A DNA stretch of 64,000 bases from Phormidesmis sp. (lineage in GTDB: Bacteria; Cyanobacteriota; Cyanobacteriia; Leptolyngbyales; Leptolyngbyaceae): positions 480,001-544,000 of the forward strand of contig CBDFJR010000005.1 of NCBI GenBank assembly GCA_965248535.1, in the 5' to 3' direction. A program made the translations under genes and the position numbers. Below are positions 39,036 to 50,428 of the stretch, in pieces. A model generated the notes under the pieces. That model did no database searches, had not been told where the DNA came from, and was given only the letters and a program-made list of their open reading frames with translations. How positions within the stretch are numbered: the stretch's first letter is position 1; every line of letters starts with the position of its first letter.

Positions 39036-39683
39036 ATGGCAAATGTGTACGACTGGTTTGAGGAGCGCCTTGAAATTCAGGCGCTAGCCGAGGACGTAAC
39101 CAGCAAGTACGTGCCGCCTCATGTCAATATCTTCTACTGCTTGGGTGGAATCACGTTAACTTGCTTCCTGATCCAGTTTGCGACTGGGTTTGCGATGACC
39201 TTTTATTACAAACCAACTGTTGCTGAGGCATTCTCCTCAGTGCAGTATTTGATGAACGACGTTAACTTCGGTTGGCTAATTCGTTCTGTCCATCGCTGGT
39301 CTGCCAGCATGATGGTGCTGATGATGATCTTGCACACCTTCCGCGTCTATCTGACGGGTGGCTTTAAAAAGCCCCGTGAGTTGACTTGGGTCACGGGTGT
39401 GATTTTGGCAGTGATTACCGTCTCCTTCGGGGTGACGGGCTATTCTCTGCCGTGGGATCAGGTTGGCTATTGGGCAGTCAAAATCGTGTCGGGCGTGCCC
39501 GAAGCGATCCCTGTCGTGGGCACCTTGATTGCTGATTTGCTGCGCGGTGGCGCGAGTGTGGGTCAATCGACGCTAACTCGTTATTACAGCGCTCACACGT
39601 TTGTGTTGCCTTGGCTGATCGCTGTGTTCATGCTGGCGCACTTCTTGATGATTCGCAAACAGGGCATCTCTGGCCCGTTGTAA
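39036..39683 (+). CDS. petB: Cytochrome b6
   Basis: [34 protein letters not shown]. Confidence 0.99.
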   Translation: MANVYDWFEERLEIQALAEDVTSKYVPPHVNIFYCLGGITLTCFLIQFATGFAMTFYYKPTVAEAFSSVQYLMNDVNFGWLIRSVHRWSASMMVLMMILHTFRVYLTGGFKKPRELTWVTGVILAVITVSFGVTGYSLPWDQVGYWAVKIVSGVPEAIPVVGTLIADLLRGGASVGQSTLTRYYSAHTFVLPWLIAVFMLAHFLMIRKQGISGPL

Positions 39684-39793
39684 TCGATTTTAGGTTTCAG
39701 ATTTTGGGTGATGAATTCAAAACTGCGAGTCTGAAATTTGCTTGCTGTTTCCTTATCTGCTGATTTCCCTCTTAAGGAGAGCCTCTTTCAATC

Positions 39794-40276
39794 ATGGCAA
39801 CTGTTAAGAAGCCGGATCTAAGCGATCCTCAATTGCGTGCCAAGTTGGCAAAAGGTATGGGTCACAATTATTACGGTGAACCCGCCTGGCCCAACGATTT
39901 GCTTTATATTTTCCCTGTGGTAATTTTGGGCACGATCGCCCTTTGTGTTGGGCTGGCCGTGCTTGACCCTGCCTCGACGGGCGAACCTGCAAACCCCTTT
40001 GCAACGCCTCTAGAAATCTTGCCAGAGTGGTATCTCTATCCTGTGTTCAACATCTTGCGGGTTGCGCCTAACAAACTGCTGGGTGTGGTGCTAATGGGTT
40101 CTGTGCCTCTGGGTTTGCTGATTGTTCCGTTTATTGAAAATGTGAACAAGTTTCAAAACCCGTTCCGTCGTCCGGTCGCGACCGCAGTTTTTCTGTTTGG
40201 TACGGCTGTGACGCTGTGGTTGGGAATTGGTGCAGCCTTCCCGGTGAGCCAAGCGCTAACTCTGGGACTGTTTTAA
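39794..40276 (+). CDS. petD: Cytochrome b6-f subunit IV
   Basis: [37 protein letters not shown]. Confidence 0.99.
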   Translation: MATVKKPDLSDPQLRAKLAKGMGHNYYGEPAWPNDLLYIFPVVILGTIALCVGLAVLDPASTGEPANPFATPLEILPEWYLYPVFNILRVAPNKLLGVVLMGSVPLGLLIVPFIENVNKFQNPFRRPVATAVFLFGTAVTLWLGIGAAFPVSQALTLGLF

Positions 40277-40300
40277 GAGGTTTTTATAAATCTCGACCTT

Positions 40301-40353
40301 GGTGCCTACGATTCTCCTGATTTTGTCTGGAGTTTGGTGGGCACCACTTTTTT
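40301..40353 (+). terminator. Intrinsic terminator after petD
   Basis: GGTGCCTAC...GTGGGCACC stem followed by T6. Confidence 0.65.
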
Positions 40354-40397
40354 GTGAGTTCGTTAAAATTGCAGCGTCAAAACAGAAATTCTGAAGG

Positions 40398-41024
40398 GTG
40401 ATTTTCATGACTGCCCAAACGATTCCCACCCAAGAGCCTCTTCAAGAAAAGCGTCACTACACGCCAGAAGACTATTTAAGGCTGGAAGAAAAAGCAGATT
40501 ATAAAAGCGACTATGACGATGGGATTATCACCCCGATGACAGGTGGAACAACTGACCATAACCAAATTGCTGGCAATTGCTACATTGCGCTAAGTCTGGG
40601 TCTTAAGAGACAAAATTTTAGAGTTTTCTTTGGCGATGTGCGCTTGTGGATACCGAAAGTTCGCAGCTTCAAATATCCCGATGTGATGGTTGTGGCGGGA
40701 GAGCCGACCTATCATGACGACCGTAGAGATACCGTTATAAATCCTCAAGTCGTGATTGAGGTGCTGTCAGATTCGACTGAAGCCTATGACCGCAACGAAA
40801 AATTCAAGCTCTATCAAACGATTCCGGCCTTTCAGGAATATATCTTGATTAACCAAAGTAACGTTGAAATCGATCGGTTCTTTAAAACGGGAAATAAACG
40901 GTGGTCGCTTTATGAATACGATCGTGAAGATGCCGAACTAATGCTGAATTCTTTTGAACTGTTGATTCCAATTTTAGATATTTACGACAACGTTAATTTT
41001 GATCAACTAGAAGCGAAGGGCTAA
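40398..41024 (+). CDS. Uma2/DUF820 family PD-(D/E)XK protein
   Basis: YTPEDYL, H..IA.N, YPDVMV, VIEVLSDST..YDR..KF..Y, EYILI; ATG 40407 is a likely start. Confidence 0.92.
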   Translation: MIFMTAQTIPTQEPLQEKRHYTPEDYLRLEEKADYKSDYDDGIITPMTGGTTDHNQIAGNCYIALSLGLKRQNFRVFFGDVRLWIPKVRSFKYPDVMVVAGEPTYHDDRRDTVINPQVVIEVLSDSTEAYDRNEKFKLYQTIPAFQEYILINQSNVEIDRFFKTGNKRWSLYEYDREDAELMLNSFELLIPILDIYDNVNFDQLEAKG

Positions 41025-41096
41025 GTTTCAACCGTGTTGAGCTATGAGCGATCGTTCCACACCCGCGAAACTTGATGAGCATAGAGCGATCGAGCG

Positions 41097-41372
41097 TTAA
41101 CGAGCGATAGCCGGAGCCAGCACTCTCAAAAGCACGTTCGCGGCAAAAGCAGCAGTCCAGACTATCATCACGGTTTTGATATTGTAGGTTTCGGCGTTTT
41201 GCCAGCCCCAAATAAAGGTGTAAATTCCGCAAAAGATTCCAAAGATACCCCAACCAACGCCCTTGTCTGGAAATAGTTTTGTCAGCACAATTACAAGGCA
41301 AACTAAGCTTGTGATGGCTGCGACGAGTGCAATGAGTCCAGCCACAGATGCTAGTCCTGATGAAGCAACCAT
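41097..41372 (-). CDS. Small membrane protein
   Basis: 91 aa, 3 hydrophobic segments, AAGGAG RBS. Confidence 0.75.
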   Translation of the reverse strand: MVASSGLASVAGLIALVAAITSLVCLVIVLTKLFPDKGVGWGIFGIFCGIYTFIWGWQNAETYNIKTVMIVWTAAFAANVLLRVLAPAIAR

Positions 41373-41416
41373 TGATAGTGTCTCCTTAAATGTTCTTCGA
41401 TAGACACTAAAGCACG

Positions 41417-41836
41417 TTACATTACCAAACGGTAGAAGTCTTTAGTGAAAAATAACAGTCTGATCAGCCAATAGATCACAGAGGCGCTGAGTAATAGGGT
41501 AGCGATTCTGCTTCGACGTTCTATTTTCTCCAAGCGATTTCTAAGCTGGATTCTAGCAGATTCTGGCAAAAATGCCGCCACCAGCAAGGCTACAAGGACG
41601 GTGACTGCGATCGGAGCAAATGCGTGGATGGTCATCGCTTTCTGCCAGTCTCCGTGCGCGATCGCGACCATGGCACGAGACAGCCCGCAGCCGGGGCAAG
41701 GAATGCCTAGACTGGCGCGAATCGGACATTGCCAACTTGGTAAATTGAACGTGACTAGGGCTAAGTGTAAGCCGACGGCACCAGAGATCGCTAAACAACT
41801 CCGGCGGTTTTTGACAAGCGATGATAAGAACAACAT
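41417..41836 (-). CDS. DUF2752 membrane protein
   Basis: CP....GIPCPGCGLSRA signature. Confidence 0.88.
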   Translation of the reverse strand: MLFLSSLVKNRRSCLAISGAVGLHLALVTFNLPSWQCPIRASLGIPCPGCGLSRAMVAIAHGDWQKAMTIHAFAPIAVTVLVALLVAAFLPESARIQLRNRLEKIERRSRIATLLLSASVIYWLIRLLFFTKDFYRLVM

Positions 41837-42165
41837 TTGAACTTAGGATTTAGTGATCGCAACTAGCCTGGAATTCCACTCATGATAGGCGTTTGCCCAA
41901 TCTCACGAAGCAATAAGAATCATTGCGATCGCGCCCATTCTACTCCTAGATCTCAGTCGCCACATCCTAGACTATGTAATGCTTTGGGCAATTTCTACTA
42001 GTCCAGATTGCAGACGTTGAGCCGATCCGCGATCGTCCATAGTTTCATTAACTCTGAGACAATCGGTAAGCGATCACACTTCACTTAGGGACAGGACGCT
42101 AGAGACGATCTCTACACCATACCCTCGACATCCTAAGAATTTAGATCAGACAAGGGAGACACCGT

Positions 42166-43692
42166 ATGAAATTGGCTTACTGGATGTATGCAGGCCCGGC
42201 GCACATTGGCACTCTTCGCATTTCCAGTTCTTTTAAAAACGTCCATGCCATCATGCACGCCCCGATCGGAGATGACTATTTCAACGTTATGCGGTCGATG
42301 TTGGAGCGCGATCGTAACTTCACTCCGGTGACGATTAGCTCGGTCGATCGCAATGTGTTGGCTCGCGGCTCTCAAGAAAAAGTGGTGGACAACATCACTC
42401 GTAAGGACGCTGAGGAAACGCCGGATTTGATTGTGCTGACTCCGACCTGCACCTCCAGCATTTTGCAAGAAGATTTAGCGAACTTTGTGCAACGGGCGCA
42501 AATTGATACGAAGTGTGATGTGCTGTTAGCAGATGTGAATCACTACCGATTTACCGAACTGCAAGCCGCCGATCGGACGCTTCAGCAAATCGTTCAATAT
42601 TACATTGCGAAGGCAAAAAAGAAGGGTCAACTGCCCGAAGGCAAAACCGAAAAGCCCTCCGTCAACATCATCGGCATCTCTTCTTTAGGGTTTCACAACC
42701 AGCACGACTGCATTGAGTTAAAGCGCCTGATGGCAGACATCGGCGTTGAAGTGAATGCGGTGATTCCTGAAGGGGCATCGGTGCTGGAACTCAAGAATTT
42801 GCCGAGAGCCTGGTTTAACCTGGTGCCCTACCGCGAAATCGGCTTGATGACCGCAGAATTCTTGAAAGAAGAATTTGGAATGCCCTATGTGGATATTACG
42901 CCGATGGGTGTGGTTGAGACGGCGCGCTGTATTCGCAAGATTCAAGACGTAGTGAACGCTCAGGGTGGCGAAGTCAACTACGAAGATTTCATCGAAAACC
43001 AAACCCTGTATGTGTCTCAGGCGGCTTGGTTCTCGCGATCGATTGACTGTCAAAATCTCACGGGCAAGAAAGCAGTCGTCTTTGGTGACAACACTCACGC
43101 GGCGGCCATGACCAAAATTTTGTCTCGCGAGATGGGCATTCACGTCGTGATGGCAGGAACCTATTGCAAAGCCGACGAAAAATGGTTTCGTGAGCAGGTG
43201 AGTGAATATTGCGATGAGGTTTTGATCAGTGATGATAATGGCGCGATCGCCGACGCGATCGCCCGCATCGAACCCTCAGCCATTTTTGGCACTCAAATGG
43301 AACGTCACGTTGGCAAACGATTACGGATTCCGTGCGGGGTGATTTCGGCTCCCATTCACGTTCAAGATTTCCCGATCGGCTACAAGCCGTTCTTAGGCTA
43401 TGAAGGCACCAATCAAGTCGCCGATCTGGTCTACAACTCCTTCACTTTGGGGATGGAAGATCACCTGCTAGAAATTTTTGGCGGACACGACACCAAAGAA
43501 GTGATCACGAGAGGAATGTCTGCCGACTCGGATATGAATTGGACGAAAGAAGCCCAACTGGAATTAAACAAAATTCCTGGATTTGTGCGCGGCAAAATCA
43601 AGCGAAATACCGAAAAATTTGCGCGCGATCGTAACCTATCCGAAATCACTGTCGAAGCTATGTATGCCGCCAAAGAATCCGTTGGCGCTTAA
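42166..43692 (+). CDS. chlB: Light-independent protochlorophyllide reductase subunit B
   Basis: [38 protein letters not shown]-terminal PCP_red domain. Confidence 0.99.
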   Translation: MKLAYWMYAGPAHIGTLRISSSFKNVHAIMHAPIGDDYFNVMRSMLERDRNFTPVTISSVDRNVLARGSQEKVVDNITRKDAEETPDLIVLTPTCTSSILQEDLANFVQRAQIDTKCDVLLADVNHYRFTELQAADRTLQQIVQYYIAKAKKKGQLPEGKTEKPSVNIIGISSLGFHNQHDCIELKRLMADIGVEVNAVIPEGASVLELKNLPRAWFNLVPYREIGLMTAEFLKEEFGMPYVDITPMGVVETARCIRKIQDVVNAQGGEVNYEDFIENQTLYVSQAAWFSRSIDCQNLTGKKAVVFGDNTHAAAMTKILSREMGIHVVMAGTYCKADEKWFREQVSEYCDEVLISDDNGAIADAIARIEPSAIFGTQMERHVGKRLRIPCGVISAPIHVQDFPIGYKPFLGYEGTNQVADLVYNSFTLGMEDHLLEIFGGHDTKEVITRGMSADSDMNWTKEAQLELNKIPGFVRGKIKRNTEKFARDRNLSEITVEAMYAAKESVGA

Positions 43693-43712
43693 CTCCTACT
43701 AGTTTGATCATG

Positions 43713-43741
43713 ACTCCTGCCCACAACGGTAGGAGTTTTTT
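43713..43741 (+). terminator. Intrinsic terminator after chlB
   Basis: ACTCCTGCC/GGTAGGAGT stem followed by a T-run. Confidence 0.7.
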
Positions 43742-43749
43742 GTTGGAGC

Positions 43750-45258
43750 TTAATATTTCACGACGTAGCGATCGAGATCGCGAATCTGCGGATCAGAAAA
43801 CTGCGTCAAAATCTTCCACAGCACGGTGTAACTGCCATCAGCACGACGACTCACCGGACGGAATGCAAACAGCAAATCACTGCTAGGAGTTTTTAATAAG
43901 TCTCTGAGAGACGATCGTTCACCCGGCAGCAGCGATCGTTTTGAGGTGATAATTTCAGGAATTTTAAACTGAATCGATCGCACCAAATAAGTGCGGTTAG
44001 TGGCTGCGGTTGCCTGACTCAGCAGCGGTTGGCTCAGATTCAAATCGCTCACTTTGCCCGTGATAAAGCGACGACGATCGGCTTGAATCGCTTCTAGCTC
44101 TAAAGGTGGACGATAGCTATAGAAAAATTGCAGCGCGGCTGATAAGCCAGACTCCTTCTCAAACGGCGGCAGCGTTTCGAGAGCCACATCCCCCAAATCA
44201 GTCATAAACCCATAGTTCAAATCGGTCTGCACCATTTGAAAGCTGCCGCCCTCAATCTGAATGGCCAAACGGGGAGATAGCCCTTCCGATCGCTGCATCA
44301 ACACCGCCAAAGGAAGCTGGTCTGCGGCTCTAGGCGCAAGGCGATTTTCTATCGGATTAGACTGGCGATAAGCTTCAGAAGGCAATAGGCGTGCGATTCC
44401 GGTGTTGGGCTGAGATAAGAATGGCCTATAGGGCTGAGACTCTTGAGGATATAAATCATCAGAGGTGCGATCGCTCTGCAACTCCGACACCGGAACCGTA
44501 AACCGAATCCCCACCGGAAAGGCTGACTGCACTTGCAGCAAATGATTTCGGCTCGACTGCACGATCGCCAAAATATCATCAGGCGGCTGAATGGCAGGCG
44601 CGATCGGCATCACAAAACTCTCAACCGGAGTTTTTGCAACTCGACCCATGATTTCAGGGTCGGTCGCGGTCTCCGGTATAAAATTCAGCGTGGTTTGCTG
44701 CCTCCTCAAAGGTGATTTCAAGGGTGGCTGACTTGGTTCAAGAGACTCAGAACGCAGACTCAAAAAACGAGGTGCCGCTTCTGCAACCCTACCCACGCGG
44801 CGATCGAGTTGCGCCCTCAGCGGCCCTAACTCACGCGCAGACGCATAGAGCGCACAATAAACCTGGGCCTCTTCTAAACTGACAGCATCGGTTCCAGCAA
44901 CACTGCCTACCCCAGGCTGGGACGGGTTTTCAGCACACAAAACCTCTGGCGTAGGATAACTGCTCGTAAGAAAACGGTCAACCGCAGAAGTCTGTAAAAA
45001 TAGCTGCCCCCGCACTGCCTGAAGTCGAGCACCATCAGAGCTAGAGAGCGATCGCTCAATTCGATTTAATAAAACTAGATGATTTTGAGCGAGTCGCCGT
45101 GCCTCAACCCAATAATCGCGACTTGGATCGACCGCCGGAGCCGTAGAACGGGTGCTAGCGGCTGCGATCGTCGAACCAATCAGGGAACTCAAGCAAGATG
45201 CCATCAACACAGACAAAAAGAAGCGAGACATTTTGAGGAACCCCTTGCTCACAACCAC
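43750..45258 (-). CDS. Exported hypothetical protein
   Basis: 502-aa ORF with signal-like N-terminus; YGFMTDLGDV and DGSYTVLWK blocks. Confidence 0.75.
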   Translation of the reverse strand: MVVSKGFLKMSRFFLSVLMASCLSSLIGSTIAAASTRSTAPAVDPSRDYWVEARRLAQNHLVLLNRIERSLSSSDGARLQAVRGQLFLQTSAVDRFLTSSYPTPEVLCAENPSQPGVGSVAGTDAVSLEEAQVYCALYASARELGPLRAQLDRRVGRVAEAAPRFLSLRSESLEPSQPPLKSPLRRQQTTLNFIPETATDPEIMGRVAKTPVESFVMPIAPAIQPPDDILAIVQSSRNHLLQVQSAFPVGIRFTVPVSELQSDRTSDDLYPQESQPYRPFLSQPNTGIARLLPSEAYRQSNPIENRLAPRAADQLPLAVLMQRSEGLSPRLAIQIEGGSFQMVQTDLNYGFMTDLGDVALETLPPFEKESGLSAALQFFYSYRPPLELEAIQADRRRFITGKVSDLNLSQPLLSQATAATNRTYLVRSIQFKIPEIITSKRSLLPGERSSLRDLLKTPSSDLLFAFRPVSRRADGSYTVLWKILTQFSDPQIRDLDRYVVKY

Positions 45259-45392
45259 CGAAAGACATTTAAACGGCTGAATCTCAGACTAGAGAAACGT
45301 CAGCCGATTGAAAAAGTTTACTATTGGACGGATTTTTTGGCGTTAAGCTTGTTGAATCGAAATCATAAATTGATTCCTCGTTCACATTACTT

Positions 45393-45575
45393 ATGAGTCA
45401 AGACAGAATCCAAGTTTGCTCAGTTTGTGGCGTTAAAATCCTCAAACTGATCGGAGAAGATCGAGTGATCTTTGCAACCGGAGCGCCCTCAACGCGAGCG
45501 ATTTTGTGGGCACGAGTCTGCAAACATACCCAAAAAGCAGGCTGCATTAACCAAAATCAGAATACCACTGGATAA
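45393..45575 (+). CDS. Small four-cysteine hypothetical protein
   Basis: CSVCGVKI...D.V.F..G......L.ARVC......GCIN pattern recalled from cyanobacterial small proteins. Confidence 0.65.
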   Translation: MSQDRIQVCSVCGVKILKLIGEDRVIFATGAPSTRAILWARVCKHTQKAGCINQNQNTTG

Positions 45576-45681
45576 ATTTAACCGAGTGATCGCGATCAAC
45601 TCCACCACCGATCCTTCACACGTTAGACTCTAGGCAGAAAAACGATTGGCTTCGCAAGCCTCGAAGGAAGCGCGTCCAGCT

Positions 45682-46347
45682 ATGTATACCTATGCGTTCT
45701 TTAAACCCCCGATCGCGCCGCTCAGTTTGCTAGCAGGCATTGTAGGAGCGGTGCAAATCGTGGAGAGTGGCCAACTGTCGGCCCTAGTAGAACCCGATTT
45801 AGAGCTAGAAGTTTTGCAGCAGGATGATAGTCATCTCGTGCAGGCAGTGTTGACCCACGATCGCATGATTTGCGAGTTGTTTTGGCAAACCACGATTTTA
45901 CCGCTGCGCTTTGGCACCTGTTTTGTCTCCCTAGAGAGTCTAATTGAGCATCTAGAGTCTCATCAAACCGCCTATCTAACCAAGCTTGCCCAACTAGAAG
46001 GCAAAGCAGAATATCGCCTTAAGCTGACTCCCTGCGAGTTGCTAGTTTCGCCGCTTCCTGATGTGAAAGGCAAGCAATATTTTCTCGCTAAAAAGCAGCA
46101 ATATCAGCAGCAGCACACGCAGCAAGCACAGCAGCAAGCGCAGCTAGAGCAGGTGTTTGCCTCCATTTCCAAGACCTATCCTGACTATCGTTTGACGGAG
46201 GCAAAAGATGGCGTTGAAAAGCTTTATTTGTTGGTCGATCGCCAGCAAGAAACAGCCCTCTATCAACACCTCCAAGCGTGGCAAAATCAGTCTTCTCACT
46301 GGGAACTGATGCTAGGCGAAGCGTTGCCGCCCTACCATTTTGTCTAA
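45682..46347 (+). CDS. GvpL/GvpF-family protein (GvpW-like)
   Basis: MYTYAF, L..AVL.HDR.I..LF, LPLRFG, G+AEY, PPYHFV end; ATG 45682 preferred. Confidence 0.85.
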   Translation: MYTYAFFKPPIAPLSLLAGIVGAVQIVESGQLSALVEPDLELEVLQQDDSHLVQAVLTHDRMICELFWQTTILPLRFGTCFVSLESLIEHLESHQTAYLTKLAQLEGKAEYRLKLTPCELLVSPLPDVKGKQYFLAKKQQYQQQHTQQAQQQAQLEQVFASISKTYPDYRLTEAKDGVEKLYLLVDRQQETALYQHLQAWQNQSSHWELMLGEALPPYHFV

Positions 46348-46701
46348 TGATGCTCTCAGCGCCAGCCACAAGCTCAAGATCACTAGCCCTGCTAACACTA
46401 GCCAGGCTGAGTTTTGGCGCAACCAGGCTTTGCTAAAGACGCGATCGCTAGATTTCTTGAGAGCGCTCATCGGCACAGGCTGACGATCGCTATACAGCGT
46501 GCACTCTTTTGCGTCTGGGCGCTGAGGATAGGTGCAAGAATCATCGGCATCGTAAATGCAGGTCTTGCACAGTGGCTCGTTTCCCGTGGCGCGATAGAGC
46601 GGAATGCCGGGATGACCATAGGCTTTGAGGGCAGTGCGGCAATGAGGACACACGATCGCTTGAGCGTCAACCAATTGATGACAACGAGGACAGTCTGGCA
46701 T
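46312..46701 (-). CDS. Zinc-ribbon protein with C-terminal TM helix
   Basis: CPRC, CPHC, LKAYGHPGIPL, CKTC, further Cys residues, hydrophobic tail. Confidence 0.8.
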   Translation of the reverse strand: MPDCPRCHQLVDAQAIVCPHCRTALKAYGHPGIPLYRATGNEPLCKTCIYDADDSCTYPQRPDAKECTLYSDRQPVPMSALKKSSDRVFSKAWLRQNSAWLVLAGLVILSLWLALRASLDKMVGRQRFA

Positions 46702-46773
46702 CGATTCCAGCCGATTCTAGAGGGATAATCTGATGCTAACCCAACCAAGGGGCGGGCGAAGAAGAGAGTAGTC

Positions 46774-47088
46774 TTAGACAGACCGCTGCATGAATTTGCG
46801 AACTTGATATTCACCCTCTTCGGCAAACGGAAACGCCTGACCCATGGCTGCGGTGAACTGGCGATCGGTTTCCTGCAACGTCTCAGCCGGGATCGACTTC
46901 CAGCCGTCTCGATTCTTCCAGTGAATCACCATCACGATCTCCGTCGGGTCTTGAGGATTGATCCACACTTCTTTGCCTACAAAGCCAGGATAACTAGACA
47001 GCACCGGAGTCCAGATCTGATCATCTTTCTGGATGTAGTGCTCCCGCAACTCTGGCGGAACTTTCACCTTTAGCCATTCGATTAGCAT
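46774..47088 (-). CDS. TIGR03792-like ABM-fold cyanobacterial protein
   Basis: IEWLK..V, D..IWT..L..YPGF.GKEVW, VIHW...W. Confidence 0.85.
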   Translation of the reverse strand: MLIEWLKVKVPPELREHYIQKDDQIWTPVLSSYPGFVGKEVWINPQDPTEIVMVIHWKNRDGWKSIPAETLQETDRQFTAAMGQAFPFAEEGEYQVRKFMQRSV

Positions 47089-47346
47089 CCAACTCTGCTC
47101 ATAGCTCGTCTAAGACGTTAGCAGAGAAATCCCCTAGCCTTGGAACTTTCTCCCTAGGGGCGTAGATTTCATCAAAGAATGCAATTAAGGGTCGAGGTAC
47201 GGACTTTGCGACTGTTAACTGTCTGGCGATTTGACAAAATAGAAGCAGCGAAAAAGTTTGAATTCCCTACAAAGTGTCTAAAGTTTAGAAATACATTTTG
47301 TCGATCGTTCAACGGGCTTTTGCAGCACCCGACCTAGGAACCCCAT

Positions 47347-47673
47347 ATGGATAGCAATAATTGGATTACACAGCTTTTAATGGTGGGCATCGGCACCACG
47401 TCTCTAGTGGCAGAAAAGTTTAAAGAGATGAGTGACCAACTCGTCAAAGACGGCAAACTCAACCCCGATCAGGCCAAAGGCTTTGTCGATGACCTGATGG
47501 CACAACTCAAACAGGGCAACTTTGAAGCTCAGATGCAGCGGCAGATTCGCAATGTCATGCAAGATTTGGGGGTGCCTCGCCAATCTGAAATGGACGAACT
47601 GCGCGGGCGGCTCGATCGCCTAGAGCGACAGGTGCGCGATCTAGAAAATAAACTCTGGACTGGAACGAAGTAG
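47347..47673 (+). CDS. Phasin-family (PhaF/PhaI-like) protein
   Basis: [39 protein letters not shown]. Confidence 0.8.
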   Translation: MDSNNWITQLLMVGIGTTSLVAEKFKEMSDQLVKDGKLNPDQAKGFVDDLMAQLKQGNFEAQMQRQIRNVMQDLGVPRQSEMDELRGRLDRLERQVRDLENKLWTGTK

Positions 47674-47717
47674 ACGAGCGTGAGAAAATAAACACATACA
47701 CGTCAGGAGGTCTGATT

Positions 47718-48275
47718 TTGAGAGAGATTTTAGTCAGCTTCGGGGTGATGGTTGTTTGCTGCCTGCTGCTGATTGTGGCGCAAGTCACGAGTCGCAATAG
47801 CGCTATTGCAGGCGAGATGCCAACCACATCAGCAGCTATCACCGAAGCTAGCCCCCAAGTTCTGATTGCTGAAGCGTCCAAACCTGCCACCCCCCCGACA
47901 ATGACAGAGGAGAAAGATGATATGGCGACACCTGAACGCGTCAGAGTGACCGAATCGGGACTGCACTATGTAGATGAAGTCGAAGGAACAGGCGAGTCTC
48001 CTAAGAAGGGTCAGACTGTGACCGTGCACTACACAGGCACCCTGACCGATGGCACCAAGTTTGATAGCTCCCGCGATCGGGGTCAACCGTTTGAGTTCAA
48101 AATTGGCGTGGGTCAAGTGATCAAGGGCTGGGATGAAGGCGTGGGCACCATGAAGGTTGGCGGTCGTCGTCAACTCACGATCCCCCCTGCCTTGGGCTAT
48201 GGCGCACGCGGGATCGGCCCGATTCCGCCTAACTCGACGCTGCTGTTTGACGTGGAACTGCTGAAAGTCAGCTAG
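47718..48275 (+). CDS. FKBP-type peptidyl-prolyl isomerase with N-terminal signal/TM
   Basis: [47 protein letters not shown]. Confidence 0.95.
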   Translation: MREILVSFGVMVVCCLLLIVAQVTSRNSAIAGEMPTTSAAITEASPQVLIAEASKPATPPTMTEEKDDMATPERVRVTESGLHYVDEVEGTGESPKKGQTVTVHYTGTLTDGTKFDSSRDRGQPFEFKIGVGQVIKGWDEGVGTMKVGGRRQLTIPPALGYGARGIGPIPPNSTLLFDVELLKVS

Positions 48276-48295
48276 TCCCTTTCAAGAGTTGATTT

Positions 48296-48330
48296 AAAAT
48301 CCGCGATCGCCCTCGATTTGCGGATTTTTT
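48296..48330. terminator. Terminator between the convergent FKBP gene and ribF
   Basis: AAAATCCGC...GCGGATTTTTT. Confidence 0.7.
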
Positions 48331-48378
48331 AGGGCCAATCCCGAAGATTAGGGGATGATAGTTTCCTCAAGACCGCCT

Positions 48379-49305
48379 TCACAAAACGGGAGCCAACATC
48401 GCTCTGGTCGTTTCACAGTCTGCTTTGATTTGGGCTTTTAACTCATCTAGTGAGGCAAACTTTTGTTCAGGTCGAATAAATTGCTCCAGTTCCACCGTCA
48501 GCGTATGCCCATAGAGATCGCCCAGCCAGTCTAGAAGATGCACCTCGATCGTGCGGTGAGTTCCGTTGACGGTGGGACGGTTGCCAATGTTCATCACGCC
48601 CAGAATCGACTCGTGATCGTTGAGCGCTTCCCCAAACACCCGCACTCCATAGACCCCTTGCCGGGGCAAAAACTTCTCAGATGGCACCCGCAGATTAGCG
48701 GTCGGGAAGCCGATCGTTCTGCCTAGCTGCTGACCTTTAACTACCTCGCCCACCAAACTATAGGAGCGCCCCAGCATTCGGTTGGCAATGGCTAAATCTC
48801 CTTGCTCAAGGGATTCTCGAATGGCTGATGTGCTGATCCGTCTGCCCTGAAAGGTGAGCAGAGGCACGATCGTGACCCCGATGCCGTAAGTGGCTGCGAT
48901 TTTAGATAGCTCAGTGGCAGTGCCCGATCTCTGGTGCCCAAATCGAAAATCTTGCCCAATGCTGACCTGTCGCGCTTGCAGGTGCCGGATTAGAACCTCT
49001 TCGACAAACTGCGCTGGATCGAGGGCAGCGAGTTCTCGGTTAAACGGCAGCAAAACTAGCTGCTCAACGCCCATCATTTGAAGCTGAAGTGCTTTTTCAG
49101 ACTGAGGGGTCAGCATGGCACGAGGCTGCCCGCTAAAAAACTCTCTAGGATGAGGACAGAAAGAAACCACCGTAGCGCGAGTTTGAGCGTTGCCCGTGAG
49201 CACAGGCAAAATCACCTGTCGGTGCCCTTGATGAATGCCATCAAAATTTCCTAGGGCGACGGCAGTGGGTGTAAGAGCGTTAGTTAGAGAAGAGGTAATC
49301 CACAC
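48379..49305 (-). CDS. ribF: Bifunctional riboflavin kinase/FAD synthetase
   Basis: GNFDGIHQGH, GQDFRFG, ISTSAIR, GRTIGFPTAN, NIGNRPT, IEVHLLD. Confidence 0.97.
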   Translation of the reverse strand: MWITSSLTNALTPTAVALGNFDGIHQGHRQVILPVLTGNAQTRATVVSFCPHPREFFSGQPRAMLTPQSEKALQLQMMGVEQLVLLPFNRELAALDPAQFVEEVLIRHLQARQVSIGQDFRFGHQRSGTATELSKIAATYGIGVTIVPLLTFQGRRISTSAIRESLEQGDLAIANRMLGRSYSLVGEVVKGQQLGRTIGFPTANLRVPSEKFLPRQGVYGVRVFGEALNDHESILGVMNIGNRPTVNGTHRTIEVHLLDWLGDLYGHTLTVELEQFIRPEQKFASLDELKAQIKADCETTRAMLAPVL

Positions 49306-49492
49306 GCTTTACATTTTGACATATATCCCTCAGGGAATCTCGTAAATTCCAGTCAGAAATTTGAAATCATGATGAAGATTACCGTATTTTCTCGCTGATC
49401 AGCGTTCCAATCGGCACAAACCAGGGCTTTGAAACCCAAAAAAGCAATTGCTTCTCCATCTACGCTGCTCTGAAACCTTTATTTCGTGACTT

Positions 49493-50428
49493 ATGCACTT
49501 GAAAACGTCAAAGCTTTATTTCGTCAGATTAGGGGTGTGGTTTCTCATCGCTGGCTTAGTTTGCGCCTCTCCTGCGTTGGCTCAAACTCCTATAGCAAGC
49601 TCAGCCGGGTCTAGAGCTTTGGTGTCTAGTCCGCAAAACCCAAGCTATGACCCGCAAAGCGTGCTTCAAAAACTAGCCGCCGTAGACGTGGTTTATCTCG
49701 GCGAAACCCACGATAGCGCTGATGATCACCGTGCTCAACTGGCGATGATTCAGGCTCTTCATCAATTAAATCCCCATTTGGCGATCGCAATGGAGATGTT
49801 TCAGCGCCCCTACCAGTCGGTGCTCGATCGCTATCTAGCGGGAACGATCACTGAAGCTCAACTGAAAACCCTGACTGAATATGAAACCCGATGGGGCTAC
49901 CCCTGGGAGTATTACGCCCCAATTTTGCGGTTTGCTCAAGAGAATGGACTGCCCGTGATCGCCCTTAATGCCCCTACTGAGGTCATTCGCACAGTTGCGC
50001 GAGGAGGCTTAAAAAGTCTGACAGTGAGCGATCGCAGATTTATTCCTGCGGTGTCTGAGCTTCGGGCACAACCAGACGCTTATCGAGAGCGAATGCGGCT
50101 GATTTATCAAGACATTCATCAAGGCAAAGGCACTAGCGACTCGTTCGATCGCTTCTTTTTAGCCCAGATTGTTTGGGATGAGACCATGGCCGATCGGGTC
50201 AGTCAATTTCTTCGCACCAACCCGCAGACGACTGTCGTGGTATTGGCGGGTCAGGGGCACATCATTTACGGCGACGGAATTCCGAGTCGGGTGGCTCGGC
50301 GGATGCAGACAACCCGGCGGGGATCAGTGTCACAATCGCTGATCTTGCTCAATCCCTCTCAAGAGGAGACGGCCCAGTCTGAGCGCCCGATCGCCGATTA
50401 TTTTTGGACAGCTCGATTCTCTAATTAG
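49493..50428 (+). CDS. ChaN/PhuW-like (DUF399) exported protein
   Basis: VVYLGETHD...H..Q, AMEMFQ, AQIVWDETMA, LAGQGH..YG.GIP.RV. Confidence 0.85.
   Translation: MHLKTSKLYFVRLGVWFLIAGLVCASPALAQTPIASSAGSRALVSSPQNPSYDPQSVLQKLAAVDVVYLGETHDSADDHRAQLAMIQALHQLNPHLAIAMEMFQRPYQSVLDRYLAGTITEAQLKTLTEYETRWGYPWEYYAPILRFAQENGLPVIALNAPTEVIRTVARGGLKSLTVSDRRFIPAVSELRAQPDAYRERMRLIYQDIHQGKGTSDSFDRFFLAQIVWDETMADRVSQFLRTNPQTTVVVLAGQGHIIYGDGIPSRVARRMQTTRRGSVSQSLILLNPSQEETAQSERPIADYFWTARFSN

Noticed and set aside
36259..41024. HD hydrolase and Uma2 gene as a defence island
   Set aside because: Separated by ctpA and petBD in housekeeping context; both families are common in cyanobacteria
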